A stretch of 64,000 nt of DNA from Candidatus Bathyarchaeota archaeon (GCA_963733055.1 CAVTBR010000001.1:672001-736000); one strand, 5' to 3'. Counted from the stretch's first letter, positions 1 to 9,928 are shown. The notes: generated by a model not told the origin, from the letters alone. Numbers and translations: made by a program.

Positions 1-118
1 ATCAAGAATGACTCCTTGAGATGTTTCAGTATGCGATTGGTCGCTAGATAAAGGATGAGTGGAAGCCAAATTAGTTTCATTAATCTCTGTAGTTGATTAA
101 TCCTCTATCACCTTCCAG

Positions 119-1447
119 ATGCTGGTTGCTCGATTGATTCAGGGCTTGGATTGGATTCAGAAACGAACTGGGCTTGACCCCGGAGCGAACTCTGATGCCC
201 TGAGTTTTGTGCAGACCACATCCTCGACCATGTGTATGGAATGCCGGGGGAGTCGCATGCTCTGCGGAAAGGCCTACTGCCCAATCCTCTCCAAAGCTGA
301 CATGTTAGTCAAACACTTACCGAAGCTCTCAAAGGAAGAGATCGATGGTTCCAGTCCACCTGGCGTGTTCGTGGGTCGTGTGGGCTATCCGAAAGTCTAC
401 CTCGGTCCACTGATTCCTCCGGAGAAAGGTGACACACGAATTCTAGATACGCCAGAATTATGGATGGGTATCAGTATTCAAACCATAATCGATTATCGAT
501 TCCGTTTGATCCGCGGCAAATCGCTGGTTGAAGTTCACGACGCGCAAGATCCCGGGAGGTATTTGCTTGATCTTCACGACTTGGCGCTGTCCTCGGCTTC
601 GGTTGAAGTGAACGCGAAATTTAAGAAGAAACCCAGAATGGCTGTAACGTTGAGTGAGGAAACACAACCCTTCGGCCCATCGGCATTGATACAGAATCTG
701 GAGATCGCTCCAAGTTCTGGGGACCAGAAGCTCGAAGCCGCATACTATGACGGCGACTTGCTTGCTGCAAACGGCATGGTCGAATTATACCGGGATGGGG
801 TTGAAGTCTCGCGCATTCAGAAGACCCTCAGTCTCGGCATGCTTGGTGTTCAGGATCAAAGAAAGGTTGTTCCAACCCGCTTGAGCATAACCGCGGTCGA
901 CGACACTCTATCTAAGCACCTACTCCAAAAGATCTACCACTACCCAACCCTCGACAAGTATCAGGTCTACAAGTTTGAGTATCTTGATAACTGGTACGCC
1001 GCGATCTTGTCCCCGCGAAATTGGGCTTTCGAGTGGATTGAAGCCTGGTTTCCAGGAACGGCTTGGAATGAGGCTGGGAGCGTTCCAGCACTAATGGGTG
1101 ACCATGAACCTTACGAAGGGAGGACGACCTACGCGTCGGTGGGAGGGTGCTATTACTCCACTAGACTTGCGGTGGCTGAGGCTTTAGAGCGTATGGGTAA
1201 ACAGGCGTCAGCTTTGGTTCTCCGTGAAATCCGGCCGGGATACGTTCTTCCTGTAGGCGTCTGGAATGTGAGGGAGAGCGTTCGCGCGGCGCTTAGAACT
1301 CAACCCACCGTATTCGACGACTTCCAACACGCGCTCCAGTTCGCCTGTAGAGATTTCAGAATTCAGCCGGGAGTCTGGGTTAGGAATAGTCACTTGATTC
1401 GCGAAGAAATGTTTCAGACTCGTCTGAATCAATACTTTCGTGTATGA
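119..1447 (+). CDS. nreA: Nre family DNA repair protein (NreA)
   Basis: N-terminal CxxCxGxxxLCGxxxCP cluster, GSSPPGVFVGRxGYPKV motif, C-terminal PCNA-interacting PIP box QTRLNQYF. Confidence 0.92.
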   Translation: MLVARLIQGLDWIQKRTGLDPGANSDALSFVQTTSSTMCMECRGSRMLCGKAYCPILSKADMLVKHLPKLSKEEIDGSSPPGVFVGRVGYPKVYLGPLIPPEKGDTRILDTPELWMGISIQTIIDYRFRLIRGKSLVEVHDAQDPGRYLLDLHDLALSSASVEVNAKFKKKPRMAVTLSEETQPFGPSALIQNLEIAPSSGDQKLEAAYYDGDLLAANGMVELYRDGVEVSRIQKTLSLGMLGVQDQRKVVPTRLSITAVDDTLSKHLLQKIYHYPTLDKYQVYKFEYLDNWYAAILSPRNWAFEWIEAWFPGTAWNEAGSVPALMGDHEPYEGRTTYASVGGCYYSTRLAVAEALERMGKQASALVLREIRPGYVLPVGVWNVRESVRAALRTQPTVFDDFQHALQFACRDFRIQPGVWVRNSHLIREEMFQTRLNQYFRV

Positions 1448-1567
1448 GAATATGTGTGGCGCAGTGTAGCGGTTAATGCTTAACGGTTAGTAGTGGAATC
1501 CACACAGGCTCTTTTTTTAGAATAGTGTTTAAAATGCAGATGCATGGACTCATCTATGTGATTTTCA

Positions 1568-2188
1568 ATGGCGCCCCGAAGTAAAGGACCCACTATCGTC
1601 TACTTGATTCTGTTAATCGCCTTAATCGTCACTTTAGTGCCGCAGACTTTTGCCGCATCAGCAATGAACTATGGGGATCAGAACGTGGAACAGTGGACGA
1701 GCACGATTGGTGGCAACATAGTTCAAGCCTACGTCATGTTTTCCGCTCCAGGCCCGATTGTAATCCGATCCGTCTCAATTTATATTCAGTATTCAGGTTC
1801 CGATGGGAGCCAATGCATGAGGTTCGGTATCTACCAAGACAACGGTAACGGCAGCCCGGCCGGACAAGCCCTCGTCGCCTCGACAGCATCCACTTACTGC
1901 CTACACGGCTCTGCAACCTGGGGGCCTGCTTGGGAAACTTGGAAACTACGGCCGAACGACACCCTAAGCATCCCTGCCGCTGGGGATTATTGGCTTGCCA
2001 CCCTCGCCTCACAAACCTACGGAAGCGTTTACCATTACGCATACAGTTCAAGCTACGACTATACCTACGGATACGCAACATACTTCTTCACCACGCCATA
2101 CGCTCAAGGCTTCCCAACTATCTTCAACAGTAACCCAGGCTGGGAAGGCAACGGCCCTTACAGCGCCTATGTAACCGCAACGTCATGA
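1568..2188 (+). CDS. Secreted hypothetical protein
   Basis: N-terminal signal-peptide-like hydrophobic segment; Tyr/Ser/Gly-rich, beta-rich mature region. Confidence 0.7.
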   Translation: MAPRSKGPTIVYLILLIALIVTLVPQTFAASAMNYGDQNVEQWTSTIGGNIVQAYVMFSAPGPIVIRSVSIYIQYSGSDGSQCMRFGIYQDNGNGSPAGQALVASTASTYCLHGSATWGPAWETWKLRPNDTLSIPAAGDYWLATLASQTYGSVYHYAYSSSYDYTYGYATYFFTTPYAQGFPTIFNSNPGWEGNGPYSAYVTATS

Positions 2189-2231
2189 GCGGGACAAATC
2201 GAACACACCCATCTAGGATTGTGAACAAATA

Positions 2232-3494
2232 ATGCAGAAACCACGGATCTGGCTCCTCGTAACAGTTCTCACTATGCTATCTATCGTAATGTTCTCTAGT
2301 GTACCAGTTCATGCCGATCTAGCACTCACAACGGGCAGAATTTTTGGCTCCGCCGCGACCATTGACAGCGAGGGGAACCTGATCGCAATCGGAAGCAGTA
2401 CACCCTTCAGTAATGGACAATCCCAAGCATTCTTGATGAAGTATGTGCCTTCGCTGCCCGATTCTCCTTTACCCCAACTTTCCTGTTACAGGACCTTTGG
2501 AGACGGTGAACCGCTAGATACCTTCGGGTATAGCGTGGTCACAGACAGTTCGAACAACATCTACATAACCGGATCAACGCAAACTTTCGGTGGAGAAAAT
2601 TACAACGTGTTCCTTCAGAAGTATGATCAATCGTGCAATCTGCTCTACACTAAACAATGGGCAGGACAGGGCAACGATATCCCTCGTGGAATAGCCGTTG
2701 ACGCGGTGGACAACGTCTACATAACAGGGTCCACGGACAGCTTCAATAATGGCACAACCCAAATCTTCCTGCTGAAGTACACCTCCTACGGCGATCTCCA
2801 ATTTTCGAAGATCTGGGGAGGACTAAGGAATGATTACGGTAATGCCGTGGCCGTCGATCTCTTCGGCAACGTATACGTTGTAGGGACTACCGACAGTATC
2901 GGTGCTGGTGGCTCAGATATCATTCTTCTCAAATACGATTCGTCGGGTAGCTTACTATTCCAAAGGACGTGGGGCGGAACCCAGAACGATTTTGGAACTG
3001 GTGTAGCCGTTGACTCAGGCGGGTACGTTTACGTGACCGGTTACACCTACAGCTTAGGGCCAACGCCGGGAGTATCAGCAATCGTCTTGCTAAAATACGA
3101 TCCATCCGGCAACCTGTTGTTCCAGAAAACCTGGGGAGGCACGATGAACGATTTTGCAACTGCAATTACCACTGACATTGACGGGAACGTATACGTAACG
3201 GGTTACACGAAGAGCTTCAGCATAAACCGAGGCGTCCCGAGCGCTTTGCTATTGAAATTCGATCAATCCGGCAATTTGTTATTCCAGAGGAGTTGGGGCG
3301 GCAATAGAGGCGATTTCGCATATGGCGTCGCTGTCGATGCTGCAGAAAACGTCTATGTGACGGGATACACGTACAGCTTTGGCCCGAATGCTCAAGGCGC
3401 CAATTATTTCTTCCTGAGATATGACATTTCAGGTAACCTAGCATGGCAGAACATCTACGGCGGCGGGATTCCAGAAAACGGCCCATTCTCGTAA
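2232..3494 (+). CDS. Secreted SBBP-repeat beta-propeller protein
   Basis: Signal peptide; tandem ~50-aa repeats of type WGGxxNDxGxxVAVDxxGNVYVTGYTxS...LLKYDxSG. Confidence 0.85.
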   Translation: MQKPRIWLLVTVLTMLSIVMFSSVPVHADLALTTGRIFGSAATIDSEGNLIAIGSSTPFSNGQSQAFLMKYVPSLPDSPLPQLSCYRTFGDGEPLDTFGYSVVTDSSNNIYITGSTQTFGGENYNVFLQKYDQSCNLLYTKQWAGQGNDIPRGIAVDAVDNVYITGSTDSFNNGTTQIFLLKYTSYGDLQFSKIWGGLRNDYGNAVAVDLFGNVYVVGTTDSIGAGGSDIILLKYDSSGSLLFQRTWGGTQNDFGTGVAVDSGGYVYVTGYTYSLGPTPGVSAIVLLKYDPSGNLLFQKTWGGTMNDFATAITTDIDGNVYVTGYTKSFSINRGVPSALLLKFDQSGNLLFQRSWGGNRGDFAYGVAVDAAENVYVTGYTYSFGPNAQGANYFFLRYDISGNLAWQNIYGGGIPENGPFS

Positions 3495-3626
3495 AGGACG
3501 TTGTGAATAGTCTCCCAAATCCTAGTTCATAGTTCAACAAACAGGCGAGCAGTACATCCATTAGTCATCAAGACCGACTTGATGACTGGCCATGCAGTAA
3601 CTCCCTGAACCCTGGCGCTAGCTGTC

Positions 3627-4406
3627 ATGAAACTAAAATCAATCCGCGCGTTCATGTTCGACCTTGATGGGACACTTTGGATTGGTAAAGAAAACCCTCG
3701 TTACTTGGGTGGGAAGCAACTCGTGAGGAGGCTCAAGGATTCTGGAAGGAAAACATTGGTCCTAACCAACGATTCCACACATTCGCGCGAAGAAATACAT
3801 CGAAACCTCACCAAACTTGGGTTTAGTTTTACGATTAATGAAATATTGACGTCAAGCTACTTGACCTCTCAGTATTTGACCAAACACTTTGGCAATGTAT
3901 CGTTCTTCCTGATTGGCGAAAACGGACTTAGACATGAACTGGAGACCGCGGGGCATTATGCGTCAGCTGAACCGGGAGTTGTGATCGTAGGTTTGGACAG
4001 GCAGTTGACCTATGAGAAACTCGACAATGGTCTGCAATTTCTCCGAGCCGGGGCTCGTTTGATTGGAAGCTATGGAGGAGCAGTATACATGAGCGATCGC
4101 GGACCTGCCCTGTCGGCAGGGTCTATAGTCAAGACGCTGGAGTTTGCAAGCGGGAAGAAAGCAGTAATGATTGGGAAACCATCCCCCCGAATGTTCACAC
4201 TCGCCCTTCAACTTGCCAAGGAAAATGCCGGCGAGGCCGTGATGATTGGAGACCAGATAGAAACAGACCTGGTCGGAGCGCGAAAGGCTGGAGTTCACAC
4301 AATCCTCGTCTTAACAGGAGTCGAGACCCGAGAATCAGTAAACCGTTCTAAAATTCAACCTGAGATGATCCTCGACAACCTAGACGAGCTCGGAAGTATT
4401 CTCTGA
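3627..4406 (+). CDS. HAD-IIA family hydrolase (NagD-like)
   Basis: FDLDGTL motif I, LTN motif II, GKPSP, MIGDQIETD motif IV. Confidence 0.9.
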   Translation: MKLKSIRAFMFDLDGTLWIGKENPRYLGGKQLVRRLKDSGRKTLVLTNDSTHSREEIHRNLTKLGFSFTINEILTSSYLTSQYLTKHFGNVSFFLIGENGLRHELETAGHYASAEPGVVIVGLDRQLTYEKLDNGLQFLRAGARLIGSYGGAVYMSDRGPALSAGSIVKTLEFASGKKAVMIGKPSPRMFTLALQLAKENAGEAVMIGDQIETDLVGARKAGVHTILVLTGVETRESVNRSKIQPEMILDNLDELGSIL

Positions 4407-4504
4407 ACTCTTCTTGCACCACGCGTCCCCTCAACTCCTGCATAACCCTTAAGACTACCCCGCCCGTGTTCATCCGTTACCGTTTGAACAGAGTCGACTT
4501 GAAA

Positions 4505-5104
4505 ATGTCAGAGGAAGAAGGACATGCAACCGGCAGAGCCGGCGTTTCGGCACCCAACGTAAAAGTCAGCGAACTCGGCCCCTACTCGAAACAGGTCAAT
4601 ACATCCGTCAAAGTCGTCCAGAAGGGCGAGGCTAGAGAAACAGTGTCACGACAAGACGGTACAACACACCGTGTGTTAGATGCACTTGTCGGGGATGATA
4701 CTGGAACCATCTACATGACGCTCTGGGACGAAAACATCGACAAAGTCAACGAAGGCGACAGCGTCAACGTCAAGAACGGTTACGTGAGACCGTTTAAGGG
4801 ATCAATGCGCCTAAACATTGGACGATACGGATCCCTGGAACCCGCTGAGACCCCACTTGGCGACGTCAACACAACGAACAACCTATCCGACAAAGTAGTC
4901 GAAGAACAACCCTACCGTTCCTATGGAGGCGGAAGACGCTTCGGAGGCGGCGGTGGCGGCTACGGCGGCGGACGGGGAGGCGGGTACGGCGGACGAGGCG
5001 GCGGCGGTGGCGGTTACGGACGAGGCGGCGGTGGCGGCTACGGCGGCGGACGAGGCCGGGGCAGAAGCTACGGCGACAGAGATCGCGGACGCGACCGATA
5101 CTAG
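4505..5104 (+). CDS. ssb: Single-stranded DNA-binding protein (single OB fold, crenarchaeal SSB type) with Gly/Arg-rich tail
   Basis: OB motif LVGDDTGTIYMTLWD...KNGYVRPFKGSMRLNIGRYG; GGRGGGYGG tail; start moved to ATG 4505. Confidence 0.88.
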   Translation: MSEEEGHATGRAGVSAPNVKVSELGPYSKQVNTSVKVVQKGEARETVSRQDGTTHRVLDALVGDDTGTIYMTLWDENIDKVNEGDSVNVKNGYVRPFKGSMRLNIGRYGSLEPAETPLGDVNTTNNLSDKVVEEQPYRSYGGGRRFGGGGGGYGGGRGGGYGGRGGGGGGYGRGGGGGYGGGRGRGRSYGDRDRGRDRY

Positions 5105-5144
5105 CATCCGAAATGGCAGCTGAATGCTGCGAATAATCCCCCCA

Positions 5145-5166
5145 GAAATTTTCTTTTTCTGTTTTC
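5145..5166 (+). terminator. Pyrimidine/oligo-T tract after ssb
   Basis: ATTTTCTTTTTCTGTTTT about 45 nt after the stop; typical archaeal intrinsic terminator. Confidence 0.5.
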
Positions 5167-5222
5167 CAACAGGTTAGCTAGGTATTTTCAAGAAGCAAGC
5201 ACAGGCCGAGTTTTGGAAGTAC

Positions 5223-5444
5223 CTAATCCAATTTTGACAGGGTTAGAATGAGTTCACGGAGCTTCTTGGGAAAACGTTTGGATTGGACCGTGTAGCCCTT
5301 CTGACGCAACATCTCTCCTAAGCGCGAGGACCCTGACCAAACCTCCTCCCTCGTAGTCCAACAGATCCTCCCATCCTGAAGGAACCAGATTTCGTTGTCA
5401 TTCGCTATGACCTCGACACCATCGATCCTTCTTCGCAAATCCAT
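5223..5444 (-). CDS. Small hypothetical protein
   Basis: Non-overlapping 73-aa ORF with protein-like composition, divergent from the ParB gene. Confidence 0.6.
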   Translation of the reverse strand: MDLRRRIDGVEVIANDNEIWFLQDGRICWTTREEVWSGSSRLGEMLRQKGYTVQSKRFPKKLRELILTLSKLD

Positions 5445-5528
5445 ATCCGGTAGCCCTGCTCGAATTCCTTAAACAGAACGATTTAAGATTGTATACTTAC
5501 TCCTTGATGTGTCTGGGGTACCCACAAT

Positions 5529-6401
5529 TTGGCAATATTATCCGAGTTGGAAACGAACAAACTATTCGTCGGCGACATCAACGTCCGAAAATCCGTTGGG
5601 GATATAAATGAACTTAAACTCTCCATAGAAGAGAAAGGCATCCTTCAACCGCTCCTAGTCAGGCCCTTAAAGAATCGGTTCGAGATCGTGGTTGGTTCAA
5701 GGCGCTACGAAGCGGCCAAGTCCTTGGGCCTAAGGAGGGTACCCGTGATAATTAAACCGATGAGCGATACGGAAGCAGTCTCACTCTCACTAGTAGAGAA
5801 CATTCAGAGAAGCGACCTTGAGCTCGAAGAAGAGGCAGAGGGAGTGCTAAGGTTGATGAAGCTCGATCAGAAACGATTTGCCAACGCGAGATCAGTTGCG
5901 AAAGTTCTCGGCCGTTCGGAGAGCGCCGTCCGAGAACTCCTCGAAGCTTACGAATTAACCTTCAAACTTCGAGAAAAAGGAATGCAGATTCACGCAGGCA
6001 GAGCCCCACCTGAAGAGCAACGGCAACGAGGGGAAGCAATCCCACTCAAGCACACTGAACTCATCGCACGTGCCATAAAGTCTGCAGAAGTGAAAAGGCT
6101 GCCGACGCGCGAGTTCGACCGCAAGCTTCCAGAAATTGTCAGAGCAATAGCTCCTCTCCCTGAAGTGGATGCGAGGAAAGTGGTGGATCGCTTCAAGATG
6201 TTCCCCGAAAAATCGATTCAATCGATAAAGGAAGAAGCTCTTGCAAAGCAGACTGGGGTTGCTGTCAAGGTATACTTCTCACCAAAGATCGCCCGAGCCC
6301 TGAACCAAGCTGCCGAGGAACGAGACCTCTCTGAAGAGGAACTAGCCTCAATCGCCGTAGAAGAATGGCTCGTGCTGAAAGGATACTTGAAATCCGTCTG
6401 A
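5529..6401 (+). CDS. ParB/RepB/Spo0J-family protein with C-terminal RHH-like segment
   Basis: SIEEKGILQPLLVRP...IVVGSRRYEAA...SLVENIQRSDL; HTH-like VAKVLGRSESAV; C-terminal VKVYFSPKIARALNQAAEERDLS. Confidence 0.88.
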   Translation: MAILSELETNKLFVGDINVRKSVGDINELKLSIEEKGILQPLLVRPLKNRFEIVVGSRRYEAAKSLGLRRVPVIIKPMSDTEAVSLSLVENIQRSDLELEEEAEGVLRLMKLDQKRFANARSVAKVLGRSESAVRELLEAYELTFKLREKGMQIHAGRAPPEEQRQRGEAIPLKHTELIARAIKSAEVKRLPTREFDRKLPEIVRAIAPLPEVDARKVVDRFKMFPEKSIQSIKEEALAKQTGVAVKVYFSPKIARALNQAAEERDLSEEELASIAVEEWLVLKGYLKSV

Positions 6402-6451
6402 CACCTCAGCAATAATTCGAAAGTTTTGAAATATCAACCTGGGTTGCGGGA

Positions 6452-7090
6452 TCAAAGCTTCGGCAGAACGTATTGTGTGATTAGGTAGAGCGCCACGAAA
6501 TAAACCAATAACAGTACAAGCGAAATTGCGAGGTTCTTCTTCCAGTTAGGGCTCCAAGCTATCCCGAACGGTATCCCCAACGAGAAGCCGATGACGTGTG
6601 AGACATAGGCGACATTGCTCTGAAGGCTGAAGTAAACAGCCAACGCATTGTACAAGAAATATACTATCGCCACCATTCCGACGGGCATCAAGAGCAGCCA
6701 AGAGAACCGTAGGGGCTTCAACAACATCACTACGGCCGCCAAAGTGAATATTGCAGCCGACGCGCCCACAAACGTGGAGTTAGGAGGAAAGAACGGAAGG
6801 CTAAGTGGGAAACTAAGAAGGCCTCCAACGAAGAACACAATCAGCATTTTCTTCGAATTCGTAACGCTCTCCAACGTGTTGCCGAATACGTATAGAAAGA
6901 TCATATTGCCAAGTAGATGAATCAGGCTCGCGTGCACGAAAATTGCGGTTACTAGAGTCCATACCCTCCCCTCTTGCATATTCTTAAGACTGAAGACCAA
7001 GTTGCGTTCAACGCTAGTCGGATCCGCCCAGTAGAGGGCATAGAGAGTAGCGACAGTACAGATCAAGATCAGAACATTGGTGGCCCTCAT
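6452..7090 (-). CDS. Rhomboid family intramembrane serine protease
   Basis: WTLVTAIFVHASLIHLLGNM, catalytic GASAA, downstream SHVIG; start probably ATG 7090. Confidence 0.9.
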   Translation of the reverse strand: MRATNVLILICTVATLYALYWADPTSVERNLVFSLKNMQEGRVWTLVTAIFVHASLIHLLGNMIFLYVFGNTLESVTNSKKMLIVFFVGGLLSFPLSLPFFPPNSTFVGASAAIFTLAAVVMLLKPLRFSWLLLMPVGMVAIVYFLYNALAVYFSLQSNVAYVSHVIGFSLGIPFGIAWSPNWKKNLAISLVLLLVYFVALYLITQYVLPKL

Positions 7091-7121
7091 GAGTGAGAAC
7101 ACGAATCCGGCAATGGACGCT

Positions 7122-7829
7122 ATGAATCAAAGCCTCCACCAAAAAAGTTTCTCTAACATTCTTCTGCTCATTCCAACGCGGAACGAGGAAGCAGCAGTCG
7201 GAAGCCTTGTTGTGGAAGCGCGCCAATCAGGCTTCACCAACATACTTGTGGTAGATGGGTTCAGCACCGACGCCACACGAAAGAACGCTGCAGCCGCGGG
7301 TGCAACGGTCATGGAGCAGGAGTTCGGCAGAGGGAAAGGATGTGGAGTAAGGACGGGGATGAAACTATTTCTTCAAAGCAGCAGCGATTTGCTTGCCATC
7401 ATAGACGGAGATGGAACAAACATTCCATCGAATTTGAAAGAGATGATTCCTCTCATCGAAGACGCCCGAGCCGACGTGGTTCTTGGCTCACGAACGTGCG
7501 GCAAGAGAGATTCCCGCTCCATGAACCTATTGTCTATTGCCTCCAACCTAACCGTGTCATTCCTCTTAGGTGCGAAATTCAAACGACTCTTCACGGACGT
7601 GCAAACTGGGTACTGGCTCTTCTCAAGAGGAACGGTGGAGAGACTATACCCCTTAATTCATTCGACAGGCTTCGAGATTGAACTGGAACTCTTTGTTACA
7701 GCCCTCCGGGAGAAATTGTTGGTTTGTGAGATACCGGTCGGGTTTCGGTGCCGTATTGGGACGACAAAATTTAGTTTCGTATTGAGGCTGAGGAACCTGT
7801 ACTTCGCATTCAAGTATCTCCTATCGTGA
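7122..7829 (+). CDS. Glycosyltransferase family 2 (DPM synthase-like)
   Basis: IPTRNEE, VVDGFSTD, GKG, DGDG, DVQTG, FEIELE motifs; start uncertain (7077-7122). Confidence 0.88.
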   Translation: MNQSLHQKSFSNILLLIPTRNEEAAVGSLVVEARQSGFTNILVVDGFSTDATRKNAAAAGATVMEQEFGRGKGCGVRTGMKLFLQSSSDLLAIIDGDGTNIPSNLKEMIPLIEDARADVVLGSRTCGKRDSRSMNLLSIASNLTVSFLLGAKFKRLFTDVQTGYWLFSRGTVERLYPLIHSTGFEIELELFVTALREKLLVCEIPVGFRCRIGTTKFSFVLRLRNLYFAFKYLLS

Positions 7830-7846
7830 ACTACCACAATCGATAG

Positions 7847-8260
7847 GTGCCCAGATTGTCCGCCCGAACGGTCATCGGCGTTCTGATGTCGATATTCGGT
7901 TTGTTACTGCTTTTGTACAGTGGCTACGAATTTAACAACCTTTTCTTCATCGATAGGATGCTTGCCGTTTCTGATATTCCAGCCTACAACAGCTTCGTTG
8001 TAACACCATTCCTACTTGGAATCCTAGCCCAATTGGATGGGTCCGTAGTTTTGGGGCTAAAGCGCTCGTTCAGCCTAAGCCTTCACCTGCTTGGCAATCT
8101 TGTGTGGCTATATGCGCTCTACCTGCTCTACGACAACCTGGCAATTCCCATCGCTGACGTCGCAGCATATCATCAAGTCTTCTTGCTAAGTTTCTTGGGC
8201 TTGATCTTCTTCGTCATAGGTGTAATAGCCAACGACGTACCCAAACGCAAAACACCTTAA
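7847..8260 (+). CDS. Four-helix membrane protein
   Basis: Four hydrophobic segments; directly follows the GT2 gene. Confidence 0.7.
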   Translation: MPRLSARTVIGVLMSIFGLLLLLYSGYEFNNLFFIDRMLAVSDIPAYNSFVVTPFLLGILAQLDGSVVLGLKRSFSLSLHLLGNLVWLYALYLLYDNLAIPIADVAAYHQVFLLSFLGLIFFVIGVIANDVPKRKTP

Positions 8261-8865
8261 CAACGAAATCTCCGTTCCCTCGCGCTTCTCCTTGACACAT
8301 GTGCGTTCCCTTTGAGATAGAATCTCCAGAATCTATTCAGGCCCTCTCGGATTCCCACTCGAGGCGAACTCCAAATCTCCAAGTCGTTTTTCCGGGAATC
8401 TCCAATGAAAAGCGGCCCGCCGATGGTCATATCCTGCTCATTCAGCGACTTATCTATCGCAAAAGCCTGGGTAAGCTTACCAGGGCCGTTCGTCAACTCA
8501 GAATCCAGCACATTCGGTCTGAAACGCCTCATTGCGTTAATTCCTTCTACAGGCTCAAGGGCTCGGAGTAAGACCGCTCCAGGAGTTCCGGCCTTCTGCG
8601 TTGTAACGTTCAAACAAAAATGATGCCCGTAGGTGAAGTAAACGTAAGCGTGTCCCGGCTCTCCAAACATGGGTGCATTGCGAGGAGTCAAACCCCGAAA
8701 GGCGTGACTTGCCGGATCATCGTGTCCCCGATATGCCTCGACTTCCACAATTCGACCAGTCAAGCGTTCATGGCCCTTCAATCTAATGAGATATTTTCCC
8801 AGAAGATCAGGAGCAACTTTCACGGTGTCCCTCGCGAAGAAGGTTGAAGGGAGTAGTTTAGCCAT
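8257..8865 (-). CDS. DNA-3-methyladenine glycosylase (MPG/AAG family)
   Basis: GRIVEVEAY, DPASHA, YVYFTYG, AVLLRALEP, GPGKL, PRVGI motifs. Confidence 0.93.
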   Translation of the reverse strand: MAKLLPSTFFARDTVKVAPDLLGKYLIRLKGHERLTGRIVEVEAYRGHDDPASHAFRGLTPRNAPMFGEPGHAYVYFTYGHHFCLNVTTQKAGTPGAVLLRALEPVEGINAMRRFRPNVLDSELTNGPGKLTQAFAIDKSLNEQDMTIGGPLFIGDSRKNDLEIWSSPRVGIREGLNRFWRFYLKGNAHVSRRSARERRFRC

Positions 8866-8996
8866 GCAATCGCTTCCCTACGACGTGCATTTGATTCCCC
8901 TCAAGGCAATACTTATTTCTAAACCACCAATACCGCGTGCCAACTCGCGAAACAGCAGTGTTAACGAATCAAATTCGAAAATGGACTTTGAATCAT

Positions 8997-9548
8997 ATGG
9001 ACAAGAAACGGATGGAGAATATAACAGCATCACTGATCGAAGCCATCGGTGAAAACCCCAAGCGCGAAGGCCTCAGAGATACGCCTCGGAGAGTGGCTGA
9101 TATGTTCGCTGAACTCACCGAAGGCTACTCTATGAATCCGAAGGAGATTCTATCGAGAGAGTGGAGCGAAGTCAGCGGCATGGTTGTAGCAAAAGAGATC
9201 GGGTTCTTCAGCCTCTGTGAGCATCATATTCTCCCGTTCTATGGAAAAGTGCACATTGGCTACATCCCTTCTAAGGCGGTTGTTGGCTTGTCGAAACTCG
9301 TTAGGGTGGTTGATTGCTTCAGTAAGAGGCTTCAACTCCAGGAACGAATGACGAAGCAGATTGCTGACGCAATAAATGAAAGCCTGAAGCCGCACGGCGT
9401 TGTGGTCGTGGTTCAGGCTAGGCATTTGTGTATGGAGATGCGGGGAGTAAAGAGCGGGGCCGACATACTTACCTCGGAAATCCGAGGCCAGTTTGAGAAA
9501 TTTGAAACTCGTAATGAGTTCTTTAACATGCTCCGCAAAGAGGTCTAG
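8997..9548 (+). CDS. folE: GTP cyclohydrolase IA
   Basis: REGLRDTPRRVA, SLCEHHILPF, GLSKL, RLQLQERMT, HLCMEMRGV. Confidence 0.95.
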   Translation: MDKKRMENITASLIEAIGENPKREGLRDTPRRVADMFAELTEGYSMNPKEILSREWSEVSGMVVAKEIGFFSLCEHHILPFYGKVHIGYIPSKAVVGLSKLVRVVDCFSKRLQLQERMTKQIADAINESLKPHGVVVVVQARHLCMEMRGVKSGADILTSEIRGQFEKFETRNEFFNMLRKEV

Positions 9549-9553
9549 AGGAA

Positions 9554-9892
9554 TTGTCCCACCCAGCGGAACCCGATGTGGCACGCCTATATCGTCGCGA
9601 ATTTGCGGCCGCCCACATAATAGCTGGACACCCCAAGTGCGGCCGCCAGCATGGCCACAATTACACGCTTCTAACCAAGGTCTATGGTAGTAGCCAAGAA
9701 TGGCTAGATTTTGAGGACATCAAGCGAACCGTGGACGGGTTCATTGACGAACATTATGATCACCGGGACATGGGGAACATGACCTGTGAATCCCTGGCGC
9801 GGCACCTACAAGAACAGCTCAGTATCCTGTTCAAGACTAGGGTCAAAATTGAGCTATGGGAGACTGGAAAATTCGGCGTCGAGACTGCGTAA
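9554..9892 (+). CDS. queD: 6-carboxytetrahydropterin synthase / PTPS family
   Basis: FAAAH, CGRQHGHNY, DH, TCE, WET motifs; follows folE. Confidence 0.85.
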   Translation: MSHPAEPDVARLYRREFAAAHIIAGHPKCGRQHGHNYTLLTKVYGSSQEWLDFEDIKRTVDGFIDEHYDHRDMGNMTCESLARHLQEQLSILFKTRVKIELWETGKFGVETA

Positions 9893-9928
9893 ATTCGCCT
9901 ACAAACTTGCAATTTTCCGTATTCTAAC

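Noticed and set aside
2500-3450. Periodic nucleotide repeats as a possible CRISPR array
   Set aside because: Degenerate coding repeats of the beta-propeller; no identical repeat-spacer structure and no cas genes
4883-5123. Ala-rich ORFs and GGC repeats as a repeat array
   Set aside because: Alternative frames of the Gly-rich SSB tail
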